Source: Chlamydiota bacterium
GTDB taxonomy: Bacteria; Auribacterota; Tritonobacteria; UBA1439
Reading direction: 5' to 3'
NCBI GenBank assembly: GCA_037133055.1
Contig: JBAXOY010000059.1
Span: forward strand, 1 to 18,531
Length of the DNA: 18,531 nucleotides
This document shows positions 16,534 to 18,531 of this stretch, piece after piece. Numbering within the stretch: position 1 is the first letter of the stretch; each line of letters opens with the position of its first letter. Position numbers and translations under genes: made by a program. Under the pieces are notes generated by a model. The model ran no database searches, had not been told where the DNA came from, and saw only the letters and a list, made by a program, of their open reading frames with translations.

Positions 16534-18088
16534 GGTCTACCGGCAGATCGAGGGGAAAAAGCGCTATGAGCACAGGGCCAAGACTGTGGTGTCCGTTTCT
16601 TTTCTTGTTCTCATCCTGGCGTTCCCGCTCTCCGTGTACAAGGCGAAGATTGCGGCGGTGATCGATGTCCCCTCCGCCATGGATGTGGCACAGGTGGCGC
16701 GGAATCTCGCTCGCGGCGGCGGTTTTACCACCAACATAATACAACCGAACCTCTACTCGGTGCTCCCGCGATTCACGAAACCCCCGGATGTCGTCAATCC
16801 GCCGCTTCACGTGTGGCTGCTTGCGCGGCTCCCCGGGATGGGACAAGGGACCATCCTCACGCCACCCGACAGCACCGTGATCAACTTCTCCTCGTTTTTT
16901 TACCTGCTCGCGGCGATGCTCGTGTTCATGCTCGAACGCAGGATAGGCGGCGCCAAGACCTTCGCAATCGCCACGCTCATATGCCTTTTCAACGTGCCCC
17001 TGCTGCGCGCCGCGGTGTCCGGCAACGGAGAAACCCTCGCCGCGGCGATGATCACGCTGCTCTTCGCGATGGTCTATATCGACAAAAACCAGTCATTCCT
17101 CTACTCGTTCCTTGTCGGCGCGGTCCTGGGGTTGTGTTATCTGACGTCCTACGTGTTCCTTGCCATGCTCATACCCCTTGTCGCGCACAAGATCGCGCGG
17201 GGGGGGGAGGGGCTCCTCAGGCATCTCGCGGCGGCGATAGTGGGGGTCAGCGTGGTTTCGATCCCCTGGATGTTGCGCAACGTGCATTTCGGCGGAAATG
17301 CGCTCATCGCCCAGCCGTTCTCCGCGGTATTCCTCGGATCCAAGAAGGTGGAGGGCGCCGCCACACTCTATTTGCAGTTTTTTGGATTTTATGGTACCAT
17401 GCTGCGCGAATATGGGGGTGTGTTCGCGCTTGCGTTTTTCGTGATTTCACCCCTTGTGAGGAGCGACAGTCAGGAGGTTCAGGGGGCGAAGGCCTTCCTG
17501 TGGACGGGGCTTGCGCTGGTATGCCTGTTTTCGATGCTGGGAAAGGGCGGGAGTTCTGCGGTGACCGCGTTCCTGCCCGGGGCCATCCTTTTGGGAAGCA
17601 AGACGTTCATCGATCTTATCCCGCGGCAGGGGGGGGATGCATCGCTGTTCAGGAACAGGGTGATCGCTCTCTTTGTCGCGCTGAATCTCGTGCCGTTCGC
17701 GGTGACGGTGCTTTCGGCCCACGCGGCCGGCATAGCCCTCGAACAGCATGAGATGCGGTTGCGCAGCATGACTGACATGCACGGCCTGATGCATGCGGGG
17801 GAGATCATCATGACGAATGCCCCGGAGTGGATGTCGTACTACGGAGAGTTCAACACGCTTCCGATTCCACGGAGCGGCGCTGAGCTTAGGAAGTGGGAGG
17901 ACGAGTTCGGCCGCCTCCGTTTCGCGGTGGTGTGTCCGTACGGCGTGCGCGGACCCGTGGAGGACATGATTCTCAATGGGCACGCCGTACCCTCGTGGTT
18001 CATCAACGATAAGGCGCACATCTACCCCACGGGAGAGAATTTTTTTGGCGCCGATGAGGCTGGAGATCTTACGGTTGGCTCACGCTGA
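16517..18088 (+). CDS. Multi-pass membrane glycosyltransferase, GT39/ArnT-PMT-like (GT-C fold)
   Basis: AMDVAQVARNLARGGGFTT...PDVVNPPLH loop after TM1, GAVLGLCYLT, IPWMLRN...GGN, about 10 hydrophobic segments; ATG 16517 overlaps the upstream gene. Confidence 0.72.
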   Translation: MARRHRVYRQIEGKKRYEHRAKTVVSVSFLVLILAFPLSVYKAKIAAVIDVPSAMDVAQVARNLARGGGFTTNIIQPNLYSVLPRFTKPPDVVNPPLHVWLLARLPGMGQGTILTPPDSTVINFSSFFYLLAAMLVFMLERRIGGAKTFAIATLICLFNVPLLRAAVSGNGETLAAAMITLLFAMVYIDKNQSFLYSFLVGAVLGLCYLTSYVFLAMLIPLVAHKIARGGEGLLRHLAAAIVGVSVVSIPWMLRNVHFGGNALIAQPFSAVFLGSKKVEGAATLYLQFFGFYGTMLREYGGVFALAFFVISPLVRSDSQEVQGAKAFLWTGLALVCLFSMLGKGGSSAVTAFLPGAILLGSKTFIDLIPRQGGDASLFRNRVIALFVALNLVPFAVTVLSAHAAGIALEQHEMRLRSMTDMHGLMHAGEIIMTNAPEWMSYYGEFNTLPIPRSGAELRKWEDEFGRLRFAVVCPYGVRGPVEDMILNGHAVPSWFINDKAHIYPTGENFFGADEAGDLTVGSR

Positions 18089-18109
18089 CTATCAGAGGGG
18101 GGAGTCCCT

Positions 18110-18531
18110 ATGCGCGCGCGGTTGCTGTTCATGGTACTGTGGGCGGGTGTCATGTTCCCGGCGCCTGGCCGCGGGCAGGCGGTCGACGAACAGGCATCCC
18201 TAAGGGGTGAGCTGGAAAAGAAGTACCCCGACATAAAGTTCAACTGGCCGAAATCAGCCCCCTCCGCTGATGGATCGGCCGTGCCCGCAACGACGGGCGG
18301 TGGCGCGTCGGTGAGCGGGACTAAGGCGCCGGCCGTGCCCGCAACGACGGGCGGTGGCGCGTCGGTGGGCGGGACTGAAGCGTCGGCCGTGCCCGCAACG
18401 ACGGGCGGTGGCGCGTCGGTGAGCGGGACTGAAGCGTCGGCCGTGCCCGCAACGACGGGCGGTGGCGCGTCGGTGAGCGGGACTGAAGCGTCGGCCGTGC
18501 CCGCAACGACGGGCGGTGGCGCGTCGGTGAG
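18110..18531 (+). CDS. Secreted Ser/Thr/Gly/Ala-rich repeat protein (3' truncated by the window)
   Basis: Purine-rich RBS (GGGGAG) then ATG 18110; MRARLLFMVLWAGVMFPAPGRGQAVDEQASLRGELEKKYPDIKFNWPK..., then (SAVPATTGGGASVSGTEA)n; no stop before the window end; not in the ORF track. Confidence 0.8.
   Translation, partial: MRARLLFMVLWAGVMFPAPGRGQAVDEQASLRGELEKKYPDIKFNWPKSAPSADGSAVPATTGGGASVSGTKAPAVPATTGGGASVGGTEASAVPATTGGGASVSGTEASAVPATTGGGASVSGTEASAVPATTGGGASV
18275..18531 (+). repeat. 54-bp coding tandem repeat, at least 4.75 copies
   Basis: Units start at 18275, 18329, 18383, 18437, 18491 (TCGGCCGTGCCCGCAACGACGGGCGGTGGCGCGTCGGTGAGCGGGACTGAAGCG), with only three substitutions among them. Confidence 0.97.

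Noticed and set aside
18275..18531. CRISPR array
   Set aside because: Units are contiguous and near-identical with no unique spacers; the period is a multiple of 3 inside an ORF; no cas genes are present

Overview
An 18.5 kb, GC-rich bacterial chromosomal segment in which every credible gene is on the + strand. The S21 sequence resembles PVC-group S21 proteins from memory, so a PVC-type lineage is a tentative assignment. Gene order: glcD/glcF-like oxidoreductase pair; a ComEA-type protein (Zn-ribbon + degenerate ComEC-like metallo-beta-lactamase fold + helix-hairpin-helix) behind an apparent sigma54 promoter; secreted TPR protein; DUF116; GNAT; TIGR03936/DUF2344; RNase E/G; FMN riboswitch with attenuator controlling ribBA-ribH-nusB-ribD-ribE; TonB-family protein; rpsU (absent from the ORF track); TIM-barrel isomerase; GT39/GT-C-like membrane glycosyltransferase; and a secreted Ser/Thr/Gly-rich protein with 54-bp tandem repeats running off the window. 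Most notable: (1) a sigma54 promoter with candidate enhancer palindrome and IHF site upstream of an apparently catalytically dead MBL-ComEA fusion; (2) paired short tandem arrays at gene junctions (9-mer around DUF116, 7-mer around ribH); (3) a circularly permuted riboflavin operon; (4) a possible glycosyltransferase/substrate pair. No CRISPR array, tRNA, rRNA or transposase was seen. All calls are by eye, with no database searches.
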